This document shows, one piece after another, positions 1-8,868 of a stretch of DNA of 64,000 nt. The stretch is from a virus. Both the position numbers and the translations under genes were made by a program. Below the pieces are notes generated by a model. It worked only from the letters and a program-made list of their open reading frames with translations. It was not told the DNA's origin and ran no database searches. The DNA lies in the IMG/VR virus record IMGVR_UViG_3300036820_000005, positions 32,001 to 96,000 of that record; one strand, 5' to 3'. How positions within the stretch are numbered: position 1 is the first letter of the stretch; each line of letters begins with the position of its first letter.

Positions 1-25
1 CGTGCCCCTTACCCAACCCCAGTAG

Positions 26-42
26 TTCTACGTAGCGTAGAA
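26..42. promoter_or_regulatory. Operator-like inverted repeat TTCTACG-TAG-CGTAGAA
   Basis: Perfect 7-bp dyad upstream of the operon containing the XRE gene; same TTCTACR half-site as in the repeated promoters. Confidence 0.6.
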
Positions 43-64
43 AGACGATCGGAGGAACGCGGAA

Positions 65-370
65 ATGACCGACTTCATGATGGGCGCCCCCCGGCCCGCA
101 TTCACCCCGCCCGAGGACGCGGAACAGCCGGACACCATCACGCTGGAATGGGACACGTCCGGGGTGTGCACGGCGACCATCCCGCTCGACCAGGCCCGCG
201 AGGTGTTCGGCCTCGGCGGGACGCCCGACGTCGAGCTGGCGTGGAAGGTCGCCACCCTGGCCAAGGCCTCCCCGTCGATGCTGTCGAAGCTCAGCCCGTA
301 CATCGACGCGGCTCAGAACTACCCGGTCAGCCTCCGCAAGGTGGACGGCACCCCGCCGGGTGAGCTGTGA
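65..370 (+). CDS. Hypothetical protein (paralog of 14264..14677)
   Basis: SD GGAGG; shares LDQAREVFGLGGTPD with the 14264 ORF. Confidence 0.75.
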   Translation: MTDFMMGAPRPAFTPPEDAEQPDTITLEWDTSGVCTATIPLDQAREVFGLGGTPDVELAWKVATLAKASPSMLSKLSPYIDAAQNYPVSLRKVDGTPPGEL

Positions 371-627
371 TGGACGGCACGCCGCCACTGCCGCAGGTCA
401 CCGTCGCGGCCGGCGTCCGGCGGACGTTCGCCGCGGTCGTCCAGGAGACGAAGGACCGGCGCGGCTGGTCGGCCCGCGACCTGGCGCGGGCCGCGCACCT
501 GTCGTCCCACTGGACGGTCCACAACTGCCTGACCGGCAAGGACATCAGCCTCTCCAGCGCCCTGAAGATCGCCGTCGCGCTCGGCCTCGACACCGGTGAC
601 CTCGGCCAGGCCGGAGACCTCCGGTGA
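370..627 (+). CDS. XRE/Cro-type helix-turn-helix regulator
   Basis: RGWSARDLARAAHLSSHWTVHNCLTGK..SLSSALKIAVALG pattern. Confidence 0.8.
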   Translation: MDGTPPLPQVTVAAGVRRTFAAVVQETKDRRGWSARDLARAAHLSSHWTVHNCLTGKDISLSSALKIAVALGLDTGDLGQAGDLR

Positions 628-776
628 ACCCGGGCAGCCCGCCGCGGTCGTCGGCGTTCGAGGCTGGCCGCCGGTTCGGCGTTGCGCTCGGCGTCCTGAT
701 CTGCGCGGTACTCAACGGCCTGCTCGTCGCCGCCGCGGTGTTCGCCGACATCACCGCGTGGCGGTCGCTGGGGTGA
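624..776 (+). CDS. Small membrane protein (50 aa)
   Basis: GTGA overlap with the XRE stop; one hydrophobic helix (FGVALGVLICAVLNGLLVAAAVF). Confidence 0.55.
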   Translation: MNPGSPPRSSAFEAGRRFGVALGVLICAVLNGLLVAAAVFADITAWRSLG

Positions 777-971
777 GTGGTGAAACCGAAGCGGAGGAGG
801 ACGCGGGCGCAGGCCTGCGGCTCCAAGAAGAAGCACCCGGACAAGGCAGCAGCCCAGGAGCACCTGGCCCGCCTTGTCCGGGGCGGCGCGTCCCCGGCCG
901 CGCTCAACACCTACAAGTGCCCGCACTGCCCGGCCTGGCACGTCGGCCACGTAGCCCCGGCGAGCCGCTGA
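777..971 (+). CDS. Small zinc-finger protein
   Basis: C..KK.H and YKCPHCPAWHVGH motifs. Confidence 0.65.
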   Translation: MVKPKRRRTRAQACGSKKKHPDKAAAQEHLARLVRGGASPAALNTYKCPHCPAWHVGHVAPASR

Positions 972-1060
972 CCTGCGAAAATTCCCGGTCTTTGTGCCCA
1001 TTCCTATTGTTCGTTCTACGCTCCTCGGATATTATTTTTACATAAGCAAAAAACATCCAG
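968..1060 (+). promoter_or_regulatory. Repeated AT-rich SigA-type promoter module, copy P1
   Basis: CTGACCTGCGAAA box; TTGTTC(1007)-N17-TATTAT(1030); TT(C/T)TAC at 1014 and 1036. Confidence 0.8.
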
Positions 1061-1080
1061 ACCAGCCAGAGGAGCCCGAA

Positions 1081-1209
1081 ATGACCCCCAACTACATCCC
1101 CGGCCTCTCCGACGACGATGCCTGCCTGTATGTAGCCGGGATCGTCGACGTCCAGACCGGCTGCCCCTGCGAGATCTGCGTCAACGAGCTGGCCGAGAAG
1201 GACATCTAG
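1081..1209 (+). CDS. Small acidic protein with CxCxxC
   Basis: SD GAGGAG; MTPNYIPG...GCPCEIC. Confidence 0.65.
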   Translation: MTPNYIPGLSDDDACLYVAGIVDVQTGCPCEICVNELAEKDI

Positions 1210-1216
1210 ACCAGCA

Positions 1217-1259
1217 GCCCGGCCGGCAGGCGTCACGGTTCGAGCCCGTGACGGGCACG
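1217..1259 (+). ncRNA. tRNA-like mini-element, copy 1
   Basis: GCCCG..TCACGG-TTCGAGC-CCGTGA-CGGGC-ACG. Confidence 0.75.
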
Positions 1260-1294
1260 CAGAACCCAACCCCCAACCCAGAGGGAGGCCCACA

Positions 1295-2299
1295 GTGGCC
1301 GGCAAGACGAACTACAAGACGATGCCCCTGGCCGAACTGGAAGGGCTGGCAGCGAACATGGCCGCCCAGTCCCGGCGCCCGTCGACCGCGCTGAAGGCGG
1401 CCCTGAACGCAGCCCGCGCCGACGCGATGCACGAGGCCGCGGCCGAGCAGACCGAGGCCGACCGGCTGGCGGCGAAGTACGACGCGCTGGACGCCGGAGC
1501 GAAGGCCGAGGCGCAGCGGCTGAGCGACAAGTACAGCGAGTCGGGCGCCCGGCTGGACGCCGCGATCGCCGAGCAGCCCGAGGACCTCGCCCCTGCCCCG
1601 GAGCCAGAGATGACCGACCAGCAGATCGACGACGCGCTGGAGATCGTCACCCTGGCCGAGGAGATCGCCGCCCAGGACGCGGCAGGCGAGCCCGAACCGG
1701 CCGGCGACGACGCTGGCGTGATTGAGGTCGCCCCGAACGTGGTTGTCGTCAGCCCGGACGCCGTGGACGAGTTCATCGACCGGGTGGTCGAGGAGGCGCT
1801 GCAGGCTGGCCAGGCCACGCCGGACGACGCGGCCCGCTCGAAGGCCCGCCGGACCGAGTTCACGACGGCGTTCGCCCGGCTGCTCGACGGCGGGTTCACC
1901 GAGGCCCAGGCGGGCGAGGCGCTGGCCGGCGAGTTCCCCGCCGAGGTCGCCGAGTACGAGGCGATGCACGCGATGGACGCCCGGATGGTCTCCACCACGC
2001 CGCCGGAGCGCGACCCGCTGGACATCGACATGAGCACCGGCGAGGTGAGGGTGGACCGGCCAGCGACCCAGCCGGTACCGCCCGCAGGGTCCTTCGCGCG
2101 GGTCGAGGCGACGCCCTACCCGGTCACGTTCTACCGGCCGGTCCTGAAGATCATCGTCCCCGACCTGGACGACCCGGCCAAGGAGACGGTCGAGGAGCTG
2201 ACCTGCGAGCACGTAGAGAAGTACGGGCACGGGTCCGAGGACGCCGCGATCAAGTGCGCCCGGTCCATGGCCTACAAGCGGGGCCTGCGGATCGCCTGA
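1295..2299 (+). CDS. Acidic protein with C-terminal Cys/His domain
   Basis: SD GGGAGG; C-terminal domain shared with 3047..3520. Confidence 0.8.
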   Translation: MAGKTNYKTMPLAELEGLAANMAAQSRRPSTALKAALNAARADAMHEAAAEQTEADRLAAKYDALDAGAKAEAQRLSDKYSESGARLDAAIAEQPEDLAPAPEPEMTDQQIDDALEIVTLAEEIAAQDAAGEPEPAGDDAGVIEVAPNVVVVSPDAVDEFIDRVVEEALQAGQATPDDAARSKARRTEFTTAFARLLDGGFTEAQAGEALAGEFPAEVAEYEAMHAMDARMVSTTPPERDPLDIDMSTGEVRVDRPATQPVPPAGSFARVEATPYPVTFYRPVLKIIVPDLDDPAKETVEELTCEHVEKYGHGSEDAAIKCARSMAYKRGLRIA

Positions 2300-2310
2300 G
2301 CCGCCAGGCC

Positions 2311-2349
2311 GTCCGGCCGGGCTGTCCTTCCCCGCTAGCCCGGCCGGAC
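2311..2349. terminator. 13-bp GC-rich hairpin
   Basis: GTCCGGCCGGGCT / AGCCCGGCCGGAC just after a stop codon; no U-tract. Confidence 0.45.
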
Positions 2350-2385
2350 CCCCGGCGCCTCAGCCGAACCCAGAAAGGAGAGGAA

Positions 2386-2763
2386 ATGGACCACGCTAAC
2401 GCGGCCGTATTCCTGATAGGGAAAGGGCACCCTGCGGCCACCGCAATTCAGGCCCTCGCCAAGGCCCGCTTCACCGGCCGCGCGATGGTCGGCACGTGGG
2501 AGGTGGCCAGCGCAGATGGCCAGTTCACCATCACGCCGGTCGACGACCGGCCGGTTCCGTCCGCGGACCGGGATGGGACGGGCACTGGCCAGCTGGTCAC
2601 CGACCTGACCACGACCCGGACCGCGATCGCCACGTTCGCGTTCCAGGTCGGCAACGGCGAGACGCTGATCTCGCCTGGTGAGGCCAGGGACCTGACCGCG
2701 GCGGCAGTTCGGCTCGAAACCGGGCTGGCCGGGCTCCGCGCCATGCTGCGGGGCCTGTCATGA
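2386..2763 (+). CDS. Hypothetical protein
   Basis: SD AAGGAGAGG before the ATG. Confidence 0.7.
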   Translation: MDHANAAVFLIGKGHPAATAIQALAKARFTGRAMVGTWEVASADGQFTITPVDDRPVPSADRDGTGTGQLVTDLTTTRTAIATFAFQVGNGETLISPGEARDLTAAAVRLETGLAGLRAMLRGLS

Positions 2764-3050
2764 GCACGTGGACTGTGGTCGGCCTGCGAGACGGAGATTC
2801 CGGTGAGCTGCTAGTCGCCGGGGTCCTCGAAGGCGAGCACCCGGCCAGGGACAGCGGCCCGCTCAGCGGCCGGTTCGGGCGGTACTGCACGTTCGTCCAG
2901 GCCGACACCGCGGACCAGGCTGAACGGCTGGCCTGCGCTGCGGTTGACGGTGACGCCCTCGGTGACGTGGACGAGGCGGCCGTCAGCCCTGAACCGCTCT
3001 GGCCTGCCCTTGTCTGCGCGGGCCCCGACATGTTCCAGGCCGACCGGTGA
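2760..3050 (+). CDS. Hypothetical protein
   Basis: ATGA coupling; protein-like composition. Confidence 0.7.
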   Translation: MSTWTVVGLRDGDSGELLVAGVLEGEHPARDSGPLSGRFGRYCTFVQADTADQAERLACAAVDGDALGDVDEAAVSPEPLWPALVCAGPDMFQADR

Positions 3051-3520
3051 CCTCCCAGCTCCGAGCCGAATACGACCTGTACCGGCACGCCGCCTGGGTA
3101 CAGGCCGAACGGGACTGCAACGGCTACCTGCTGTCTGAGGAGGGGAGAGCCGCCGGGATCGAGCCGGAAAGGCTGTGGGAGATCCCCTGGGAGAAAGCCG
3201 TACGGTTCGCGTCCGAGGAACTACTGGACTGGTGGGGTGTCAACGGCGCCGGCCGGGCGGGCGGCCCGCGGAACGGCCGCTGGACCTGGACCGAATACCG
3301 GGAGCAGGCCGAACGCGGGGCCCCGGCCGCGCTGGTCGGCGCCGAACCATACCCGAAGACGTTTTACGCCCCGCGGATCGTGGTCCGGCACCCCGACGGC
3401 ACTGAGCACGCCGAAACGCTCCAATGCCCCCACATGGAGAAATGGGGCCACACGGTCGGGGACGCTGCGTGCCAGTGCGCCCGGCAGATCGCCGCCCAAC
3501 GCGGCCTAAAGGTCGCGTGA
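3047..3520 (+). CDS. Hypothetical protein with shared C-terminal Cys/His domain
   Basis: GTGA coupling; PYPKTFY..CPHMEKWGH..C. Confidence 0.75.
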   Translation: MTSQLRAEYDLYRHAAWVQAERDCNGYLLSEEGRAAGIEPERLWEIPWEKAVRFASEELLDWWGVNGAGRAGGPRNGRWTWTEYREQAERGAPAALVGAEPYPKTFYAPRIVVRHPDGTEHAETLQCPHMEKWGHTVGDAACQCARQIAAQRGLKVA

Positions 3521-4146
3521 TGGCCGAGGACGCGACGGGCGGGCTGTCCGAGGACAGCGACCCGAAGAAGGCGTGCTCCAAGTGCGGTGTCCCGAAGCCG
3601 TTGACGGACTACTACCGCATGGCCAGTTCGAGCGATGGTCGCCGTCCGGACTGCAAGAGCTGTATTTCGGCGGCCAGGTCAACTCCCGAGGGCCGGGGAA
3701 AGCGTGCTCGCTCTGTGCGAGAGGCGCGGCACCGCAAATGGGCAGAGACCGGCTACCAGCCCAGGAAACCATCGGGGCTGACGTCAGCTGAGCAGCAGCG
3801 GCTACGCCGCGCCAGGCCGGGAGCGGAGGTTGCCAACCGTCAGAATGAGGCGCGGAAGCGCGACAAGATGCGAAAGCGCGTATTCGATCATTACGGCTGG
3901 TCATGTGCATGCTGCGGGTCTACTAAGCGGCTGACAATCGACCACATCGACGGCACCGGCGGTGAGCACCGCAAGGAGCTGTTCGGTCGGCAGCTCGCTG
4001 GTTGGCACTTCTACCGCTGGCTGATCCGCCACGGCTTCCCTGACGGCTACCAGACCCTCTGCTTCCCCTGCAACCTGAGCAAGCGCGACGGCGACCGATG
4101 CCGGCTGAACCACCGGCCCAACCGAAAGGAGCCGGCATGTCCGTGA
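3520..4146 (+). CDS. HNH endonuclease with N-terminal zinc ribbon
   Basis: CSKC..CKSC; CACCG..LTIDHIDG..QTLCFPCN. Confidence 0.85.
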   Translation: MAEDATGGLSEDSDPKKACSKCGVPKPLTDYYRMASSSDGRRPDCKSCISAARSTPEGRGKRARSVREARHRKWAETGYQPRKPSGLTSAEQQRLRRARPGAEVANRQNEARKRDKMRKRVFDHYGWSCACCGSTKRLTIDHIDGTGGEHRKELFGRQLAGWHFYRWLIRHGFPDGYQTLCFPCNLSKRDGDRCRLNHRPNRKEPACP

Positions 4147-4655
4147 TCACCGGCCAGATGGTCAGCGTCTACGCGAACTACCTGCTCGGCCGCATCGAGC
4201 AGGACGACGAAGCCATGATCAGCCCCGCCCTGCCCGGCGTGGTAACGGCCGATACCCTGCCCGGCCTGGTGACGATGGACGGGCTGACCGGCTCATTTCA
4301 CGTCACCGACAGCGACGGCTCCGCCCTCGAAGTCACGATCCGGCCCGTGCACCGCGACCGCGACAACGACCGGGTCCTGTCGTTCACCCGCGCCCAAGTC
4401 CAGTCCTGGGCCGGACGCGAGCTGTCCGACGACGAGCTGTCCGACCTGGAGGACGCCGTGCCGAACAGCACGTTCCCCGAGACAGTAGGCCTGATCGCCG
4501 ACGCCCTGGACCGGGGCGAGCGGCCGCGCACAGAGACCGACTGCGCGTGCCCCGTCGGCGATTCGTGCCCATGCCAGGCGGACGGCGAAGACGGCCTGTG
4601 CGCCTGCTGCCGGGCCGGGGATCACAACGGCCGTGATGCGGAGCCCGGCAGATGA
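4137..4655 (+). CDS. Hypothetical protein with Cys-rich C-terminus
   Basis: SD AAGGAG. Confidence 0.7.
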   Translation: MSVITGQMVSVYANYLLGRIEQDDEAMISPALPGVVTADTLPGLVTMDGLTGSFHVTDSDGSALEVTIRPVHRDRDNDRVLSFTRAQVQSWAGRELSDDELSDLEDAVPNSTFPETVGLIADALDRGERPRTETDCACPVGDSCPCQADGEDGLCACCRAGDHNGRDAEPGR

Positions 4656-4807
4656 ACAACCCCGACTGGCTCGACATGAACCGCGCCGACTTCGACGCGG
4701 CCGAGCCGCTGACCCTGTTCCCGCTCCCTGACCAGTCCCACCTGCCGCGCCCGCCAGGCGACTGCGGCACCCCCGACCTTTTCGCCGACCAGGAAGGAGA
4801 CCAGTGA
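4652..4807 (+). CDS. Small acidic protein
   Basis: Coupled at both ends; MNNPDWLDM...PDLFADQEGDQ. Confidence 0.55.
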   Translation: MNNPDWLDMNRADFDAAEPLTLFPLPDQSHLPRPPGDCGTPDLFADQEGDQ

Positions 4808-4956
4808 TGGCCCGCAGTTTCGAGTCCCAGGTGTACCGCGCTCTGCGCATCACGAACGACGTCAACGCAGTCCGCAGAGGCCGTGTCGGCCGCCGGATCG
4901 CCCGCCGCGCGGCTGGCCGGATCACCGGCAGAGTGCTCGCCCGGATCTTCCGATGA
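4807..4956 (+). CDS. Small Arg-rich protein
   Basis: SD AAGGAG; MARSFESQVYRALRITND... Confidence 0.6.
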   Translation: MARSFESQVYRALRITNDVNAVRRGRVGRRIARRAAGRITGRVLARIFR

Positions 4957-5399
4957 CCGAAGACACGGTCAAGCGGCGCCCCGGACGCCCGGCCCGCGAC
5001 CTCACCGACGAAGAGTTCGGCCAGCTCAAAGTCCTGTACCGCGTCCCCGGCCTGAGGCCGCCCACGTGGGTGTGCCAGTGCAAATGTGACCCGGACCGGA
5101 CAGTCCAGGTGACGTCGACCCAGCTGCTCCGCGGGCACGTCAAGTCGTGCGGCTGCCTGCAAGGCACCTGGCTGCGGGTCCGCACCGACACGCTCCAGCG
5201 GGTCGCCGCGAACCTGGCCTCGCTTAACGAAATCATCGCCGAGCTGGTAACGGCAGGCTGCGATGATCCTGGGTTTGCCCAGATGACACGGGACCTCCTA
5301 CGCGACCACTCCTGGTCGCTGGGATTCCAGTTCCAGGGCCAGCAGGCGCCCGCCGACTGGACCCCGTGGTGGGAGAAGACCGGGGAGGACCAGGCGTAG
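4953..5399 (+). CDS. Protein with homing-endonuclease-associated DLTG..FG.L..W.C.C...SCGC domain
   Basis: RDLTDEEFGQL..WVCQCKC..LLRGHVKSCGC. Confidence 0.7.
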   Translation: MTEDTVKRRPGRPARDLTDEEFGQLKVLYRVPGLRPPTWVCQCKCDPDRTVQVTSTQLLRGHVKSCGCLQGTWLRVRTDTLQRVAANLASLNEIIAELVTAGCDDPGFAQMTRDLLRDHSWSLGFQFQGQQAPADWTPWWEKTGEDQA

Positions 5400-5833
5400 T
5401 GGCCGCGTACATCGACCTGTCCGGCCGGACGTTCGACCGGCTGCGGGTGGTCCGCCGCGCGGAGGCGGCCCCCTCGAAGACGACTGGTGTCCGATGGGTG
5501 GCCCAGTGCGCGGTCGACCTCGGCGGCTGCGGGTCGCCGGCGTTCACGGTGAACGGCAAGGACCTGCGCCGCGCCCGGACCCGGTCCTGCGGCTGCATCC
5601 GCATCGAGGTCGCCAAGGCAACGCTCGAGCGGATCAAAGCCCGCCCCTGCACCGAGAAGCCTGCCGAACCGGACTCGTACGCCTGCCAGTGGTGCAAGAC
5701 CGACCAGCCCGCCGACCAGATGGGGCCGGTCCTGTTCGCAGTCGAGGAAGGCGGGTCGGGGATGCAGTGCCGCGACGACCGGGCCTGCACCCGCCGCCAG
5801 AAGACCAGCCAGCGACAGAGGAGGGCGCGATGA
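5399..5833 (+). CDS. Second SCGC-domain protein
   Basis: IDLSGRTFDRLRV..WVAQC..CG..TRSCGC. Confidence 0.7.
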   Translation: MAAYIDLSGRTFDRLRVVRRAEAAPSKTTGVRWVAQCAVDLGGCGSPAFTVNGKDLRRARTRSCGCIRIEVAKATLERIKARPCTEKPAEPDSYACQWCKTDQPADQMGPVLFAVEEGGSGMQCRDDRACTRRQKTSQRQRRAR

Positions 5834-6216
5834 CCGACCCGACCCCAGCTCAGTCCTGCACCCGGGTAGCTGTCGTCGGCGGGCACGTGTACCCGTGCCG
5901 CAGCCACGCCGGCGACGTGCACCATTTCGCGATGCTCTGGCCGGCCTGCGAGGCGCCGTTCTGCCTGCTGCCGCCAGGCCACAGGGAGCTGCACGACATC
6001 CCGTCCGGCCGGGCCGAGTACATGGACGCTAGCGCGGCTCCCGCCCAGTGCCAGGCGGCCCGGCTCGGACAGCCGCCATGCAAGCACCCGCCGAGGCACC
6101 GGGCGGCCGGCCACGGCCAGGCCGAGTTCGACTTGTGCGGCCGCCACGCCCACTGGCTCCGCGGCCGGCCCGCCTGGCAGATCCGCCCGCTGCAGGAGGC
6201 GGACGCCGATGCCTGA
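5830..6216 (+). CDS. Cys/His-rich hypothetical protein
   Basis: ATGA coupling; repeated C..H..H clusters. Confidence 0.6.
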   Translation: MTDPTPAQSCTRVAVVGGHVYPCRSHAGDVHHFAMLWPACEAPFCLLPPGHRELHDIPSGRAEYMDASAAPAQCQAARLGQPPCKHPPRHRAAGHGQAEFDLCGRHAHWLRGRPAWQIRPLQEADADA

Positions 6217-6697
6217 CCGGTACCCGTGGCGGGCCGTGACCCGCGCCTACGGCCCCCGCTCCGGCCGGGGGAGCACGCTCGGCCGAGACACGTCCAGGCG
6301 TACCCGCTGGTGGGTCCTCCAGCTCGCCTGCGGCCACGTCGTAGAGCGGACGGTCCGGTACTGGCCGGTGGAAGGCCGGACGTCACAGCGCCGATCCTCG
6401 GACGATGTCATGCCTGCCCCGCGGCGGGTGCGGTGCGAGAAGTGCCAGAAGCTGGCGGCTCCAGAGCTCATCGGCGGGAACGGCGGGACGCTCACCGAGG
6501 AAGAGGCCCGCACGATCGGGGCCCTGCACCGGCTGGCGAAGCGGTGGCCGCCGACGCTGACCCTCGCGAGCATGAGCGGCGGCCTGTGCGTGTTCCACAC
6601 CGGCGACCCCAGGTGGGGGCTGGAGTCCGGCCCTGACCGCCAGGAGGCCGTTCTCGACGAGATCGACGGCATCCCGAACGACGGCGGCGCCTGGTGA
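6209..6697 (+). CDS. Hypothetical protein (LACGH...CEKC)
   Basis: SD GGAGG; 8-nt overlap. Confidence 0.65.
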   Translation: MPDRYPWRAVTRAYGPRSGRGSTLGRDTSRRTRWWVLQLACGHVVERTVRYWPVEGRTSQRRSSDDVMPAPRRVRCEKCQKLAAPELIGGNGGTLTEEEARTIGALHRLAKRWPPTLTLASMSGGLCVFHTGDPRWGLESGPDRQEAVLDEIDGIPNDGGAW

Positions 6698-6703
6698 CGG
6701 TCG

Positions 6704-6792
6704 CTGACCTGCGAAAATACCGCGTCTTTGTGCCGCTTCTACTTGTCGCGTTCTACGCTCCTCATATAGTATTTCTACGTACATTAAAATAT
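6704..6792 (+). promoter_or_regulatory. Repeated promoter module, copy P2
   Basis: CTGACCTGCGAAAA; TTGTCG(6743)-N18-TAGTAT(6767); TTCTAC at 6751 and 6773. Confidence 0.8.
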
Positions 6793-6814
6793 TCACTCAG
6801 ACAGGAAGCCACTC

Positions 6815-6976
6815 ATGGACGTCCGCAAGACCGAACTCGACACCGGCCAGATCCACAATGCGGACGGAACGGTGAGCGTGTACCTGTACAGCGACCGCGG
6901 CCCGCAGCGCTGGACCTTCGACCAGGCCATCGAGCATGACCCCGGCTGCGGCTGCTGGGAGTGCATCACCTTCTAG
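6815..6976 (+). CDS. Small protein with CxCxxC (53 aa)
   Basis: SD AGGA; MDVRKTELD...GCGCWECITF. Confidence 0.65.
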   Translation: MDVRKTELDTGQIHNADGTVSVYLYSDRGPQRWTFDQAIEHDPGCGCWECITF

Positions 6977-6985
6977 ACCACCCGA

Positions 6986-7028
6986 GCCCGATCGGCAAGC
7001 GTCACGGTTCGAGCCCGTGACGGGCACG
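6986..7028 (+). ncRNA. tRNA-like mini-element, copy 2
   Basis: GCCCG..TCACGG-TTCGAGC-CCGTGA-CGGGC-ACG. Confidence 0.75.
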
Positions 7029-7060
7029 AGAAACCAACCCCGACCACCGAGGAGAACCCG

Positions 7061-7450
7061 ATGACCGCCCACACCGCAGACACCTGCTGGGCCGACCCGC
7101 TCAGCCGCAGGGAACGCGCCGAGCTGGCCCGGAAGCTGGCCAGCTGGTGCCAGCGCTTCTACAACACCCCGGCTGGCACCCCGGACGCCGTGTACTCGCA
7201 GATCCTCGCCTCCGCTGAGATGTCCGACCTGCACCTGGACGTGACCGAGCGCGCGGCGGTTCCGCCCAAGATCTGCCAGATGACCGACGAGCAGCTGGAC
7301 TACGAGCTGGCGTCAGCGGAGGAAGCCGAGGACGGTGCCCGCGCCGGCCGGATCGAACGCGAGCAGGCCGCACGCGAGATAGACGAGCCCCACGACGACA
7401 CCCCGTCGCTGGAAGACCGCGGCCTGCACCTCGGCAGCTACAGCAGCTGA
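7061..7450 (+). CDS. Hypothetical protein
   Basis: SD GAGGAG. Confidence 0.7.
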   Translation: MTAHTADTCWADPLSRRERAELARKLASWCQRFYNTPAGTPDAVYSQILASAEMSDLHLDVTERAAVPPKICQMTDEQLDYELASAEEAEDGARAGRIEREQAAREIDEPHDDTPSLEDRGLHLGSYSS

Positions 7451-7453
7451 CCG

Positions 7454-7909
7454 ATGACCACTCCACGGCGGGTTGACCCGCCCCGATGCGGCTGCAACGA
7501 CTGCGTCACCGGCGGGACGGTGCCGCTCGACCAGGCCGACTGGCAGACCGTCAAGGCGATGCTCGCCGGTGAGATCCAGGACGCTACCGGCACCGAGCTG
7601 CACGCCCACGTGGTTGTCACGCTGCTTGCCGAGCGCGACTGGAACGACGGCCAGCGGTGGAAGTGGGAGTATGACCGCCGCGCCCCGGCTGCCCTGGCTG
7701 AGCTGCGCGAACTGGGCGCATGGCTCGCCGCGTCCGCCTACGACAGCTGCAACCCCGGCCAGTGCGCGTGCGGCGGTGGGATGCCCATCGCTCCCCACCT
7801 CGGCGGATGTGACGGCCGGACCCGCGCCCAGAAACTCGCCCGCATCGCCGAACTGATCGCCGGCCTGACCCCCATGGAGGAACGCGATGACCCTGACCCG
7901 ATTCGTTAA
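7454..7909 (+). CDS. Hypothetical protein (CGCxxC)
   Basis: ORF tiling; protein-like composition. Confidence 0.65.
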   Translation: MTTPRRVDPPRCGCNDCVTGGTVPLDQADWQTVKAMLAGEIQDATGTELHAHVVVTLLAERDWNDGQRWKWEYDRRAPAALAELRELGAWLAASAYDSCNPGQCACGGGMPIAPHLGGCDGRTRAQKLARIAELIAGLTPMEERDDPDPIR

Positions 7910-8315
7910 GTACCCCGGCCCGCCCTCCGAGGTGCTGGCCATCCAGTACCGGTTCGGATGGCCACTCGACGAACTGCGGCAGGCCGCCCAGCACGAGCAC
8001 GGCACCGCAGACGTCTGCGAGGTGCACAAGTGCCTGCTCGTCTACCGGGGGCAGGACCCGCTGGCGCGTAGGGAGTACCTGGTCGTGCCCGACCGCGGCT
8101 AGCTCCTATTCGCGCTGGCCACCCGAGAGCTGTTCGTCCGCGACGAAGACGAGTTCACCGGCGAATACACCCTGAAGCTGGGCCTGATCCAGGCGGTCGC
8201 GTCGACTATCGGCCACGGCATGGTCTGTCGGGAATCCGCGACGCAGATCGCTGAGGCCGTGCTCCGTACCGTCGCCGCACATCAGCAGTTCGAGCCCGCC
8301 GCACCGCCGTTCTGA
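7887..8315 (+). pseudogene. Paralog of 18784/26706 ORFs with in-frame TAG at 8100
   Basis: Homology continues past the TAG (VVPDRG*LLF...DEDEFTGEY vs VVADGTWLVY...DDDEFAEEY). Confidence 0.65.
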
Positions 8316-8325
8316 AAGGACCGCC

Positions 8326-8868
8326 ATGATCCTGAACCGCCCGCTCCGCGCGAACGACGTCGAGGTTGAGACGGTCCGCCGGGCACGCTGCAAGATCCCT
8401 GACTGCGGCTGGAAAGGCGGCGAGCACCAGCTGTACCCGGGTGCGAACGCCGACCGGCAAGGGCACCTCGACTGGCACCGCAACGGCGAACCGGCCCAGC
8501 CTGAGCCTGCCTGGCCGGTCCCGCACCCGTGCGTCAACTTCACCAACGCGATCAGCGGCCACGGCTTCAACCAGTGCTACCGCGACCCTGACCAGGCGTT
8601 CCGCGACGCATTCGTCGCCCCGCTGAGGCCGTTCAACAACACGCGGATCAGCGTCTGCTACTGCGACGTCGCCCACGAGCCGGACCCGGAGCCCGACCCA
8701 GCGGGCCTGATCATCGGCTACGACTACCGCACCCGCAACGACCTGATGGCCGTGCTGCGCGCCCGGACGGTTGTGGAACCGGTGTGGCGTTGCGACCACT
8801 CCCACCCGGACGAAGACACAGCGGTCGAATGCGCGACCGCCGAGCGTGACCGCCGGGCCGTCCTGTGA
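8326..8868 (+). CDS. Cys/His-rich hypothetical protein
   Basis: SD AAGGA. Confidence 0.7.
   Translation: MILNRPLRANDVEVETVRRARCKIPDCGWKGGEHQLYPGANADRQGHLDWHRNGEPAQPEPAWPVPHPCVNFTNAISGHGFNQCYRDPDQAFRDAFVAPLRPFNNTRISVCYCDVAHEPDPEPDPAGLIIGYDYRTRNDLMAVLRARTVVEPVWRCDHSHPDEDTAVECATAERDRRAVL

Noticed and set aside
7887-8315. Genome-wide amber (TAG) recoding
   Set aside because: Many genes end cleanly at TAG directly before the next SD or start; only one internal TAG was found.
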